Origin: Nemertoderma westbladi
Taxonomy: Eukaryota > Animalia > Xenacoelomorpha
Assembly (NCBI GenBank): GCA_032718475.1
Contig: JAUCBJ010000607.1
Coordinates: forward strand, 158 to 64,157
Direction: 5' to 3'
DNA length: 64,000 nt
Position 1 is the stretch's first letter, and each line of letters starts with the position of its first letter. A model generated the notes under the pieces. The model was not told the DNA's origin. It worked only from the letters and a program-made list of their open reading frames with translations, and made no database searches. A program made the translations under genes and the position numbers. Shown one piece after another: positions 38,460 to 50,485 of the stretch.

Positions 38460-39211
38460 TATGCGCCGCGTATATACATATATATCCAATAAGTGCCGTT
38501 ACGTAACCAATTACACTATGGGTAAATCAGTTGGATGTTGCCGAAAGACAGACCTCCCGAACCCCCCCTGCTGCCTTCCAGCAGTTCAGGTTCGACTCTA
38601 GATCCCGTCTCTTCCTAACTATCCTCTAACCTATTCCCATGCATAGCGCAAAACTTTGGAGATAAACTGGCCGTGACCAACTCACTTTTTGATGCCCAAA
38701 CTACTCCCATTACTCGTACTAAACTACAGTAGTTAGAAAGGACCATAGTCTCAATGCTCGAGTATACCAAACCCACAGGTTTGATAATCGAATATCACAC
38801 TTCACTGCAAACTACTGAGTGGGGTCCATGTACGCCTCTGGTGCTACTAACCTTTAGCACCCTAGTTGCACTGTTGGCACCAATCTGTGGAAGTTGCTAA
38901 ACTCAATTTACACTCCTACGTAATATAGCCATCACCATGGTTTCTAAATGCTATTTTCCAGGCTTCACGACTTTTCAAATTACTGTTTATCTATAGACGA
39001 ATTCTAAAACGCGTCTATACACAGCGTCTGGAATTGTCTTGGGTTCACTTCTAATTTTTTAAAAATTTTAAATTTTCCAAAAATTTTGAAAATAAAATTT
39101 TGTTTTGATACCCACTGGACAAAACTCAATGCAAATCACCACAACCCCGCTCCTATGCATTTCCTTGTATTTGCATACGAGGAATGCATACGAAGTGAGT
39201 TGCGTCCAACA

Positions 39212-42200
39212 CTAATTCTGTTTTGAGGCAGGAGACAAATTATAATCTCCCGTCTCGATACGTGTCTCCTCTAATAACACGATATCTTGGACCGGTCGGT
39301 CCAAGGTGTGTAAACCATTAGTTTTACACTTCTTTGGGTGCGGACACTTGCACCTAATTTTCACAGTGACTGTGCGCACTATGTTTTGCGCGTCTGGGTG
39401 TATGTGCAAGATCACTCCAGTCTCCCAATACTTTCTCTTGACAATCGGCTCGGTTATCAATACATAATCTCCCCTTTGGAGGCTCCGAACCGTTTTGTAC
39501 CACTTTGTTCTGGTAGATATGGTGGGAAGATAGTATTCCCGCCAATATTCCCAGAATGTGTACGCCACTAATTGTGTCACCTTCCAGCTTTTACGACTAT
39601 ATAGGTCGGCACTAATGCGTTCTGATGCCGGCACAAGAAATGCTGGACTCTGCATTAGCAAATGATTCGGCGTTAATGCAACACCGTCTGGCAACATAGC
39701 TATCGGCCTCGAGTTTAGGGTATGCTCGATTTCGATGAAAGCTGTGACCAGCTCGTCGTCGGTAAGTTGTTTGTTTACAGGCAACGTCTTGGCAATGGCC
39801 TGCTTTACAGAACGTACCAAACGCTCCCAACTTCCTCCTCTCCAAGGACTTTCTGGAGTATTAAATCTCCACTCTACTCTTTGCGGCAAAAGTGCTGCAG
39901 AAATTTCCTTATTCTGTGCCGCCTTATGAGCCGCGTTCAACTCGCTATTCCCCCCGACAAAGTTTGTACCCTTGTCAGAGTAGAACACCTTTACTAGTCC
40001 TCTCCTGGCCATAAATCTCTTTAAGGCCAGGAGCAGAGATTTGGTCGACATGTCTGCCACCCGCTCAATGTGTATGGCTCTACTAGCCATGCATGTCAGT
40101 AGCAGACCCCATCGCTTGTGGGTCAGCCATCCACTCTTTGCCTCAATCGGACCAAAACAGTCCACCCCTGTGTTCGTAAAGGGTGGGTCATATGCCTGCA
40201 CTCTCGCTTCCGGGAGTTCAGCCATCTCCTGTTCCAATACTCTGGCGTTCACCCTCTTGCAAACCAGACAGGCGTCATACATTGTGCCGACTGCCCTGCT
40301 TGGCTGCAATAGAATGAATCGCTGTCTCGCTGCCGACAAACAGTGTAATTTTCCCGCGTGATGCAACCTCTTGTGTATATCCCATAGAATCGCTCTTTGC
40401 AATTCTATTGGGTGACTAGGGATTATCACTGGGAACCTAAACTGTGAGTTTATGTCGACAGTCTGGATTCTCGATCTATGACAAATTAAACCCTTATGGA
40501 TTAATGGACTCCATTTTCTAAGGGGTTTATAGAGAACTGGTCGCTGAGCCGATAATAGATGGAATTCTTTAGGGAAGGCACACATTTGATAATGCTTCAA
40601 ATGCTTTAATTCCGCTTGATCAATCTCATCCTCTGTCAGAGGTTGTTTCAATTTCTGAATTCGCTCACTATTAGCGCTCGTTCGTTCTCCTAAATGTTCC
40701 GAATGTTTTATACAAAGGTACGAAACGTATCGGCTTAACCACGCAGTTCTTTTACAAATTGTCAGCCAAGAGGCAGACGAATTTAGTAATTTGTCAAAAA
40801 TACTACATGGCTCTAATGTCAGCGACGGTTGTCCGCTAACTAACGGAAGTTTCGAATCCAAACCCGCAGGTTTGGAAACCAAAGGATCCATTTTGTCGGT
40901 CATTTTCTGTCCGTCACTTACCAATTGTGACTCTGGTTTAGTCTGTAAGGGTGGTTTTATGTCATAACTTACCCTTCCGGACCTAGTAGTCACGTAAGTC
41001 TGTTGGTCTGACAGGTCTCCGGGCCGCTCCAATGACTCTTCAGGCCGCTCCAATGACTCTTCAGGCTGCTCCAATGACTCTTCAGGCCGCTCCAATGACT
41101 TAAGTTTGGCTTTAGACTTTGACTTAGAGACTTTCTCCACCTTGACTTCTGCATCTTCAGGCATCGGATTGGTCACTATCTTTAGTCGCTCTGGCCAATG
41201 TTCCTGTGTCTTCGTTAGAAAATCAGGTCCATGCAACCAAAACTCCTGCGACTCTTCCTGACAGAATTCCGCCGGCATTGCACCTCTCGAAGTTATGTCG
41301 GCCGGGTTTAACACTCCCGGACAATGTCTCCATTGTTCCTTCGTCGAAAAGTCAACGATCTGAGCGCGTCTATTGGCCACAAATGTCTTTAGTGCAATAT
41401 TGTCGGCCGCAATGTATACTAACACCAAGGATGCGTCCGTCCAATAGAATAAGGTCAATGTCGTGTCTAACTCCTCAGTTATCTGCTTACTTACCTCGAC
41501 TGAAACTACAGCCGCCTGTAACTCTGCACGAGGGACAGTCATGTATTTGACCGGCATTGTCTTTGATCTAGAAGTCACAAAAGCCATCTCAAATTTGTCC
41601 TGACTTACCTCTCGGCGAAGGTAGGCTACCATACCAAAGCCGGTGTCACTTGCGTCACTAAATAAGTGGAGTTCGAGATCAGCTGGGAATACCAGCTGAT
41701 TCGGAAAGTAGGAACGGGGTAAATCTATATTTTTCAATAGATGTAACTCGGCTTCCCACTCCCTCCACTGCTTTGCATGTATAGGAGATATTGGTTCGTC
41801 CCACTCTAGGTCGGACAACCAAATTTTCCTCATGCACGCTCGTGCCTGTAATATTACCGGACTGATAAAGTTCCTCGGGTCAAATAGTCTACTTAATGTC
41901 GATAAGCAAATTCTCTTAGTCAAAACTTTGTCTGGGCTACTGGGCTCAAACCTAACTCTTACCTGGAACTTATCCGTATTCGGATTCCAAGCGAGTCCCA
42001 GTACTCGCGCCATGGGGATTGGTTCTACCCCCAATTCTATGTCTCCGCTCCCACGATCTTTTACCGGGAACGATTCTAATAGGGCCTCCGAGTTCGTAGT
42101 GAACTTGGTTAGAGGAAAACCCCCTGTAGCCAAGCACTCCTGTAGGCCGTGAGCCACTTCTATGGCTTGTTCCGCCATGTCCTTGGACACCAATCCGTCG

Positions 42201-44790
42201 TCCATATAGAAGTTTCTCAAGATGGACTCGATGACTTCTACTGGATACTTACCAATTTGGGCTGTTGCCGTTTTCTTTAAAACAAACAGCGTGCCATTTG
42301 GACTATTGCGGGCGCCAAATATCCTAACGTACATCTGGTATGTAACCACTGGGCCGGATAAGTCTTCATTCTCATACCAGAGAAAGCGAAGGCTATCCTG
42401 GTCTGCCTTACAGGCTCCTACCTGGTGGAACATCGCCTCGATGTCACAAGTAAATGCGAATCGCCGCTGTCTAAAACGCAACAGTATTCCAATCAAATAA
42501 TTGTTCAGGTTGGGACCATCCATCAACTCTGAATTCAGGGACATACCTCTATAGACTGCTGCGCAGTCGTTGACTACTCGGACTTTGTCTGGTTTGTCAG
42601 GGTGAGTCACATAGTGGTGTGGAAGGTAATAAGTCTGGTCTGTCACTAAGTCAAGGTCCTCTACCTTCCCAGCAAATCCCTTGGCAAAATAGTTGTTGAT
42701 CTGGGCGCAATACTTCTCCCTAATGTCCGGATTCTTCAACAACCGAGCCCTTACTCCGTTCAATCTTTTCAAGGCTAAGCTGTAGTTGTTCTCCAACTTA
42801 GGTGGTTGTCGACGCCACAACATTCCAACTTCAAAATGTCCAGTCGGTAGTAGACGTATGGTGTCTTCCATCATCTCCAGCGACCGTTTTTCGTCAGTGG
42901 ACATGGCTAGGTCATATCCACCGGGTTCCATTGCGTCCCTGTCCAGCCATTCGACGGTTCTGGCTCCTGTCTCGAGGTCCTGGCGTATCAATTCCTTCTG
43001 TAATTCCTCCTCACTGTATTGGAAAATGTCGAGGTCTCGATATTTAGCCACTTGACCCTCCACTATATCGGTATAAGTCAAAACGTTACTCAAATAGGTA
43101 GCGTGGGCCGCTGAACCAGACCCACGGGTCTGATAACAGTAGTCCTCGGGTTCACTATCTGTCCGGTCGTTGTGAAGTGGTTCTGACAACCTAACATTAT
43201 CGGGAATCAACTCCTCGTCCGACTCGCTAAAGTCACTATAATGGTCAATACAGGTTCTCCTAAACTCGTCTATGTCTGGTGGTTCTACTAACGGTGGTTG
43301 AGTTATAGGCTGTAATTCGTCGTATCTATCCATTGGCTTGTCACCACCTGTAAACTCATAAGACATGGGTACTCGTGTATACCAACCTAATATAGTCCTA
43401 TGGGCATGTGGTCCATTGACATGCGGCTCAGCTGGTCTCGTTTCCCATATTTGGTGTGCGATCAGCTGTTCTGCACCAATTAACATAGAAACATTCCTAT
43501 AACCTACCTGATGTCTGGGTATTCTGAGCTTGTCAAAATACTCCTGTGCTATGGGACTCATCGGCGGCACCTTACCTAACTGCCTGCCGAATCCCTTCAT
43601 AGCTAGACACTTAAATCCGTCCAATGGCAAAGCTTTCCGTTCTTGTCGAGTGTGTTGGTCTCTCGGAAGTAGGGAGTCTAGTTCTACAGATATCCTGTGT
43701 CCCTTGAGGTCTCCTACCCCATGCATAGACTTCAACTCTATTTGGATCTCCTCGGTGTCCTGGAAGCTAGAAACAGCTCTCGCCACTTCCTCGTCGATGT
43801 ATGATAATGTGGACGCAGTGTCCAACATTACATATATTCGCTTCGATCCCTTATCTCCAGTAAGTTTCACCGGAATCACGCTAAATATTTCCGATGTGGC
43901 CGATGATAAATACGTCCGCGCGCTGGTCGATGAACTATCCGCGGTGAAACCTTGGCAGGTCACTTCTCTCGCGCTCGACTCGCCATCCTCATCCGACGAA
44001 CCTGGTTGATAACCATCGTCCTGGATGCCAGTGTACGTATTCCTCCTTATCGATACGGGTTCTTTGCTCCCCTTCCTGTGAGGATTTCGCTGTAAGTAAC
44101 GGTCCGTTGGGGTGTGGAAATCTGCATGTAGCAACTTGTGATGTAGTCTGCCGCATTCCATGCATCCGTCCTTGCTGTTCGGGCACTGCCGCCGTACATG
44201 ACCTGGCGCAAGACATGCCCAACAGGTGTCCAACGTCCGCACTTGAACTCTTCTCTGTTCTGAATTTAATTCTTTGAACCGTCTGCAACTATCTAACTTA
44301 TGGTCGTCAGATCTTACCTCCTTTAGTAAACAGTATTGGCAACCTACAAATCCATCCGGCAACTCCTGTTGCTTTAACCTAGGTCTATCTAACCGCTCAC
44401 CTGACCATACTCGCGAGTCTGATCTAAAGGCTGGGGTACTCAAATGATAACTGTCTACTGAGTTAAATGTCACAGTGGTCCTATCATCGTCAAAACTTAC
44501 CATAGACTTACCGGTAACAGGTTTAGACTCTCTCATATTCTCCTCTGAGAAGTTTGATTTCATCTCTGCTACTGCGTCTGTGGCTATCATGTCATGAATA
44601 TGCTGAAGTGTCAATACTTTACCTTGGCCTTCCAACTTATTCTCTAATTTGCGCCATTTCTGTCGGTAACGCATGTTTAGACGTCTTATTACGCTCTTTA
44701 AAACTTCGGCGTGATCACCATGATGAGGTAGATTCACCGTCCTCAAGATGTCCAATGCGTTCGAAATAGCGTTCGCTAAGTTCAACAGCT
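39212..44790 (-). CDS. pol: BEL/Pao Gag C-terminus - protease - RT - RNase H - integrase
   Basis: BEL triple Cys array (CQYC..H..C, CWACLAPGHVRRQC, CMECGRLHHKLLH), MLDTAS, YLPHH, DIEAMFHQV, FYMDD, FSDAS, PRAELQAA, NPADITSRG, GVDCFGP, SDKGTNFVG, GGSWERLV. Confidence 0.95.
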
Positions 44791-47265
44791 CTAACGGAGT
44801 TGTATCCTTCCGCCCTTACCCAAGTCTTCCACTATCGACTGTGCCATCTTGGTTTTATTCCCGTAGATGTCGCTAAGCGTCTTCATTGCTAACTCGAATG
44901 CTCTTTCATTGCCGACGAAGTTGTCAGCAATGGCTCTAGGTTCTCGATGGAGCATTTGAAGCAAATAGTTGAACTTCTCGTTGGGAGTAAAGGTGCTGTT
45001 GGTTAGCTGCTCGTCGACATAGGTTTTAAACATCCTCCAGTGCTTATGGTTGCCCATAAACTTCTGGGGTTGTTGCGTCGGCAGTCCTTGCCTAGCAGCA
45101 AACTTACCTATGTCTCTAAGGGTTGCGTCGTTCCGGGTTAACAAATGGTTTAGTTCTGCAGGGTTGTTAAGTCTGGTCCTTTCCCGGGGATTAAAACTTA
45201 CCTGCTCCGCGTCCGTCCTTCTTTCCTTATAGTTTCGGGACTTCTGACGTCTCATGTCTTCCTCTTCATCGCTTGACTCAGTGTCAGTCCTTAGCGCTCG
45301 TGTTGGTTTGCGCGCCGAGGCCCTGACCCAAGCATCTTGTATAAATTTCTCGGCTGAGTTTTCAAAATTGGGATTATGAATATTCGGGACAGGCATCCTT
45401 ACCTGAGGTCTATGTGGTATAGTTTCCTCCGATATGCGTACTCGTTGACTAGGTTGGACTTTATCTAACTCAGGCCTGCTAGGATTAGAATTACTTCTTA
45501 CCTGGGCTGCTTCCTTTAACCGTAGGTTGCTAAGCATGTCCGTTATAGGTTGGATGTGCGGCGATATAGCTTGCGCTAGACTAGCACTCAACTCATCCCT
45601 CGTAATAAATTCCTGGCTAGGGTTCTGTTGTATAGTCGGCTCTATCTGAGTAATCCGCTGTCTTTCATATGATCCCTCCTCCGGTTTAACCCGGAAGTTC
45701 TTCCTAGTCCGTTCTTCGCTCTCTAAACTTAATCTCGCACTTTCCAACTGCGCCAGTTTACGTTCTTCTTCTTCCCTCGCTCGTCTCGCTGCGCTCTCTT
45801 CTTCCACACGCGCCTTTTCTTCATACAATGCCCGTCGCTCCTTCTCGCGCTCAAGTTTGCGCTCCTTGCGCTCGCGTTCGAGTTGGAATTCGCGTCTTCT
45901 TTGCTCGCATTCCTTAGCTTCCCGTTCGCGTTCGCGTTGAAGTTGGAGTTCGCGTTCTTCGCGTTCGCGTTGAAGTTGGAGTTCGCGTTCTTCGCATTCG
46001 CGTTGAAGTTGGAGTTCGCGTTCTTCGCATTCGCGTTGAAGTTGGAGTTCGCGTTCTTCGCGTTCGCGTTGAAGTTGGAGTTCTCGTTCCTTCTGTTCGC
46101 GTTCCGCTTGTTCACGCTTACCTTTATCTTCCAACTCTCGCAACTTCGCGTCTAACTTACGTGTGCGCTCCCGTTCCCGCTCGGCTTCCTTCCGTGCTTC
46201 CGATGCACGCAAAACTTCCGCCTGTTGTTCGTCCAGTCGGCGTCTTCTCTCCTCCGCCGAGTTGTGAGAAACAAGGGATCTAGCACATATAACCTTACCT
46301 CGCGCGTGACTCACCTGGGAATCGCCACTGTCTCTAGATGCATCATCGGGTAGAGTTAGCGTTCTCTGTTGGATGTTCTCCGTCGTCGGTAGCACCTGGC
46401 CCGGTACCACCACTCCACTCTGCATTAGCCAGCTAGTAACTTCCCTCTGATACCTGCGCTCCTCCTTATCTTGGATCTCTTCTCGCTCCACTAAGTCTCT
46501 CAACTCTGCGTCACTCACCTGAGTTGCCTGCGCTTGTGATGCCCATAGCAGCCAGTTCTCCGTCCTAACTCGTCGAAATTGCTCCGATAACTCGCGGTGC
46601 TCCAACAAGGCTGCTAAAACCCTGTCGTAAATCCTCGTCGCCACGTCGCTCGACTGAGACTCTACTGCCTTCTTCGCTAGGACTGCAAGCTCCTCCGTCT
46701 GCTTGAATAACGCTGAGTTATATCCTCTTCTAATCTCTACTAATCCTTCCCTTCCGATGTTCGCTGAGTCGGCTAACATCTTCCTTACCTTGTCCGTCGT
46801 CCGAGTTATATGTCCGGCGTGCGCGCGAATTTTCTTCTTTATCGCAATATATAGTTCTCTTTCGCTTACCTGACTTACACTTGGTGGACTTGAAGGATTA
46901 TTTCGGGAACTACGGGTACTTCTAACAGCCGCTGGGACCATGGCACTTACCATACCCACAGGTCTGGAAACCGGGCTCCGGGCTCTCGCTTCTGCTACAC
47001 TACCCTCCCTATCACTCACCTCTGTCCGGGCTGCTGTGCAGTCCTTCCTTACAGTAGCGGTAGGGGATCCTAATACTATTACTGGAGGTTGTTGTTCTTC
47101 CTCACTAGTTACTGTCTCGTCCTCCTGTTCACTTACGTCAGCGTCACTCGCTGCGTCGTCATAGTTGGCATTGTCGTCAACAGTAATATTAACGCTATCG
47201 TCAGTCGGCGGTCCTGCCGCCATCTCATAGCTGTCCTCTAGTGCCTCCTTCTCTGAGGCACTCAT
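44791..47265 (-). CDS. gag: BEL/Pao Gag N-terminal part (acidic start, long E/R coiled coil, start of capsid-like DUF1759-type region)
   Basis: KFMGNHKHWRMF...EKFNYLLQML...YGN pattern; continues into the next ORF by a 1-nt shift near 44810; contains 33-bp QLQREREEREL repeats. Confidence 0.88.
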   Translation of the reverse strand: MSASEKEALEDSYEMAAGPPTDDSVNITVDDNANYDDAASDADVSEQEDETVTSEEEQQPPVIVLGSPTATVRKDCTAARTEVSDREGSVAEARARSPVSRPVGMVSAMVPAAVRSTRSSRNNPSSPPSVSQVSERELYIAIKKKIRAHAGHITRTTDKVRKMLADSANIGREGLVEIRRGYNSALFKQTEELAVLAKKAVESQSSDVATRIYDRVLAALLEHRELSEQFRRVRTENWLLWASQAQATQVSDAELRDLVEREEIQDKEERRYQREVTSWLMQSGVVVPGQVLPTTENIQQRTLTLPDDASRDSGDSQVSHARGKVICARSLVSHNSAEERRRRLDEQQAEVLRASEARKEAERERERTRKLDAKLRELEDKGKREQAEREQKERELQLQREREERELQLQRECEERELQLQRECEERELQLQREREERELQLQREREREAKECEQRRREFQLERERKERKLEREKERRALYEEKARVEEESAARRAREEEERKLAQLESARLSLESEERTRKNFRVKPEEGSYERQRITQIEPTIQQNPSQEFITRDELSASLAQAISPHIQPITDMLSNLRLKEAAQVRSNSNPSRPELDKVQPSQRVRISEETIPHRPQVRMPVPNIHNPNFENSAEKFIQDAWVRASARKPTRALRTDTESSDEEEDMRRQKSRNYKERRTDAEQVSFNPRERTRLNNPAELNHLLTRNDATLRDIGKFAARQGLPTQQPQKFMGNHKHWRMFKTYVDEQLTNSTFTPNEKFNYLLQMLHREPRAIADNFVGNERAFELAMKTLSDIYGNKTKMAQSIVEDLGKGGRIQLR

Positions 47266-47662
47266 AGTCTAAATAATATTTGCCTTCCGGCAAAATATCT
47301 CGCAAAAGTTCGAGATATATATATAATTTAATCGAAAATACGATTAAATTATTGTCAAATATCCAATTGTCCAAAATGTCAAAATAAATTCGCAATGCAA
47401 TATTGTGAATTTAATAAGATATAGTTATAGCAAATACCGGTATAATATTTAAACAAAAATATTATTATATAGCTATTATATAGCATTTAAATACCGGTAT
47501 GACACAAAAATAATTTCTGAATCTAATTCAAAATATTCAAAAATGAATTTGCCACCCAAATATTTCTAACTTTATATATATATAGCTCAAAATCAATGTA
47601 ATTTTATTTTTAAATATTATTTCTATATCCACTAGCGCGTGGCTACACCTTCAGGTTGCGAC

Positions 47663-47663
47663 A

Positions 47664-47732
<69 letters not shown>
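47663..47732. repeat. (CT)n microsatellite in the BEL 5' leader
   Basis: Directly visible. Confidence 0.95.
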
Positions 47733-47733
<1 letters not shown>

Positions 47734-48256
47734 ACTGAGCGATCCAAAACACCATGGCCGGCTAAACCTAACTATCCTAACTAATAAATTGAGTTCAGTT
47801 TCGCAGTTAAACAACCGGTAATTTTTTACTGCTTCCACGAATACTATGGTGCCAACAGAACAACTAACCTTGTTTGCTGTGAGATTCCACGTCCGCGTCC
47901 AAAGTTTCAGACTTTTCGCTGATTGCAAACCGAACCCGCAGGCCCACACAAACCCCAAACTCAGAAGCTCCGTCTCGCCATGTATCTCCAGATGGTATAA
48001 AATAATTAAGCGGTTATCCAACATACCGGTACAAAAACTCTAGATTTTATTATATAAATTTTGGCCGAAACTGAATTCTCACAAACCTAGCTAAAATTTT
48101 CAAAACTTACTAATTTACAATTTACCCGTTACGGCCCAAATGAATTACTGTATTCTGCGATTAGTGAACAAATATTACTTCTCACTGTTGCAAAGCAACA
48201 GTAAAAAATAAAAGTAAAAAAAATGGTTCTTACTGTACGTAGTACAGTAAGTCAAA

Positions 48257-48267
48257 GTGGTTCTTAC
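48257..48267 (-). promoter_or_regulatory. Atypical primer-binding site position (GTAAGAACCAC), complementary to LTR positions 49212-49222
   Basis: Abuts the 5' LTR on the minus strand, lacks the TGG of tRNA-primed sites, and has an exact 11-nt reverse complement inside both LTRs. Confidence 0.5.
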
Positions 48268-50302
48268 TGTTAAACAGGGGCGATCAGGAGCGCGTTATTA
48301 CTGCCGCACTGCTGCTAAACACAAAATTGCTACTCACCGCTGGATGGCGCTAACCTGGCCGTCCGCTAATATATTTTACTAATTTTATACGGCTCCTGCA
48401 AATCGCTTGTTCCTTTCTCTGTTGATCGCTCAACAGAGAGCTAACTGTTCGAATCTATGAGCCACGCGGGAATAACCAAAACAATAAACCCGAATCGGCT
48501 CCCTAAGCTACTTAAAACGAGTGCGGGTGACCTAGCACTCGGAGTTCACTTATCGCAAATACTGGAATTCACTGGCAGAACACATTGAATGTGAGAATGT
48601 TTAATATTAAGGGGGATAGATCTGTTACTTTCCTAGGTGCTGAAACTTGGCCTTTGGCTGGTTTTAGACCAGCAAACTTACTACTGCTGTACTGTATACT
48701 TGACACTGCTGTCAGTCCGTTGCCCCGCTATTTTCAAATAACCGCCTAGCGTGAATAGTCTACAGTATTCTAAAACAATTACTTAAACTACTCTCCGCTA
48801 TGCTGCGTACAAATTCTTATTTTATTTTATCGCTAAATTAATTACAGTCATAAATACAAATTCGCGTACTAATTACTAGATATTCCAGAATACGTACTTC
48901 TAATTTATTACGTACTGGGGCTTATACTAGCAACAGTCTAAATGCGGTATTAATTTGACCTAATTAGCAATTAATAAGCATAAACTAAGAAATGGAAATC
49001 AATCAAGGGAAACAGCGCCTATCTAAGCATTCACATTTAAGAATCAGGCACTCTTTAGCAACACAACACAAATAGCGTAGCACTAAGTTAGTAGTACGGC
49101 AGTACGGCAGATAGCGCTAACTACACCAATCAGCTAGTGCACTAAATACCCGTACATTAGTACATCAGTATACCAGTATTAGTCATCCAATCAATCAGTC
49201 AGTCAGTCAGTGTAAGAACCACAGGTCACCCAAAGCCATACATGGGACTCCTAACTAAACCCAAATTCTGCCCCCCTAAAACTACAAAGTAGAGACGGAA
49301 ATCTGGATCGTCAGCCCCCTAATACTGTAACAGCGGCTGGTCCCCGGTCCTCAACTGACTAGCTCCGACCGCAACGGTGGCCCCCGCCAGTGTCGCCCCG
49401 CTTTGGATCCTCTGCACTCCCTTCCGTCGCTTCCCCCCAGTGCGCCCGCCTACCGGTACCTTAGCCCTCCATTAGAATGAATAGCTACCGTAGCGGCGCA
49501 TGCAATCACAAACAGTCTGACGGTCTAAAGAAATCCCGTGGGATTATCACATCTTAAATCACATAGGAATTAATAATCAAAAGTAGAAATCATAATTCAA
49601 AGTTGTAATTTTCAGTAATTGATTGAGAAATACAGAAAGATAGGCGAAAGATTAACAATTAACAGAAACCAGAAACAAACTACAATACTGCCACTGGTAC
49701 TGCTGTAACAACTGAGATATTAAGAGAACTAGATAACTAGAGATTAAGATGCACATACCGGAAATACAGCCAATTTATAGGTGATGCAACAGGGATGACG
49801 CAATATTCCTCTCATTGGTTCCCCAATCCGCCCCACCATCAGACCAACCTGGAACAGCTGGGCCAATAAGGAAGCCGGATTGTGAACTTCAGGGCTTCCA
49901 AATCGCAAATTATTACCATATATGGTAATGGATCATGTCCCTGGCTGCTGAATGGTTAGGATTGCGTCCCTGGATGCTGGCCCTATCGAAGCTAATAACG
50001 GCAAGCCCATATCCAGGGTCCAACAAGAACTTGCTACCCTGGAACTATCTACTTATATCCTATTACAAAATTACGTAGGTAGGGCTACATACTATACAAA
50101 ATGGATGAGTTCAAAATATATGGGCGTTTCAGTTTCCTTATCTAAATATCACCTCGCTATTATGTCTTATCTAAAATATTATACTGCATAACGGACCAAT
50201 ATTGCGTACAGTATAACGGACTAATATATTATACTGCATAATGAACCAAAATATTATACTGTATAATGGCTAATAATGTGTACAGCGCCATATACCGTAA
50301 CA
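48268..50302 (-). repeat. BEL/Pao 5' LTR (2035 bp)
   Basis: Direct repeat of 32245-34280, upstream of gag on the minus strand. Confidence 0.95.
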
Positions 50303-50485
50303 GTAAATAATAAATATATATCTCATACAAATATTCCAATATATCCTGCACGCTTTCTTACATACAGAAACACTTTTATTATATTTTGAATGTGATGTAG
50401 CCAACCGTATCCTCATTCCCAAAATCGATTTAAGTTCACATATTCTTCATGATTCACTCACAATTTTACTTTTTTATATTTTTAG

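Larger units (their letters stand above)
32245..50302 (-). mobile_element. Full-length BEL/Pao LTR retrotransposon, 18 kb, with accessory ORF region
   Basis: About 2.03-kb direct LTRs with tgtta...taaca termini, 5-bp TSD gtaaa (32240-32244 and 50303-50307), and BEL-type gag-pol on the minus strand. Confidence 0.96.

Noticed and set aside
34770-38489. Envelope gene
   Set aside because: No evident signal peptide, furin site/fusion peptide arrangement or transmembrane anchor; the motifs point to a nucleic-acid-binding protein.
44780-44830. Programmed -1 gag-pol frameshift in the BEL element
   Set aside because: No X XXY YYZ slippery heptamer is visible, the break lies inside the capsid-like region, and BEL gag-pol is usually one ORF; more likely a 1-nt deletion or assembly error.
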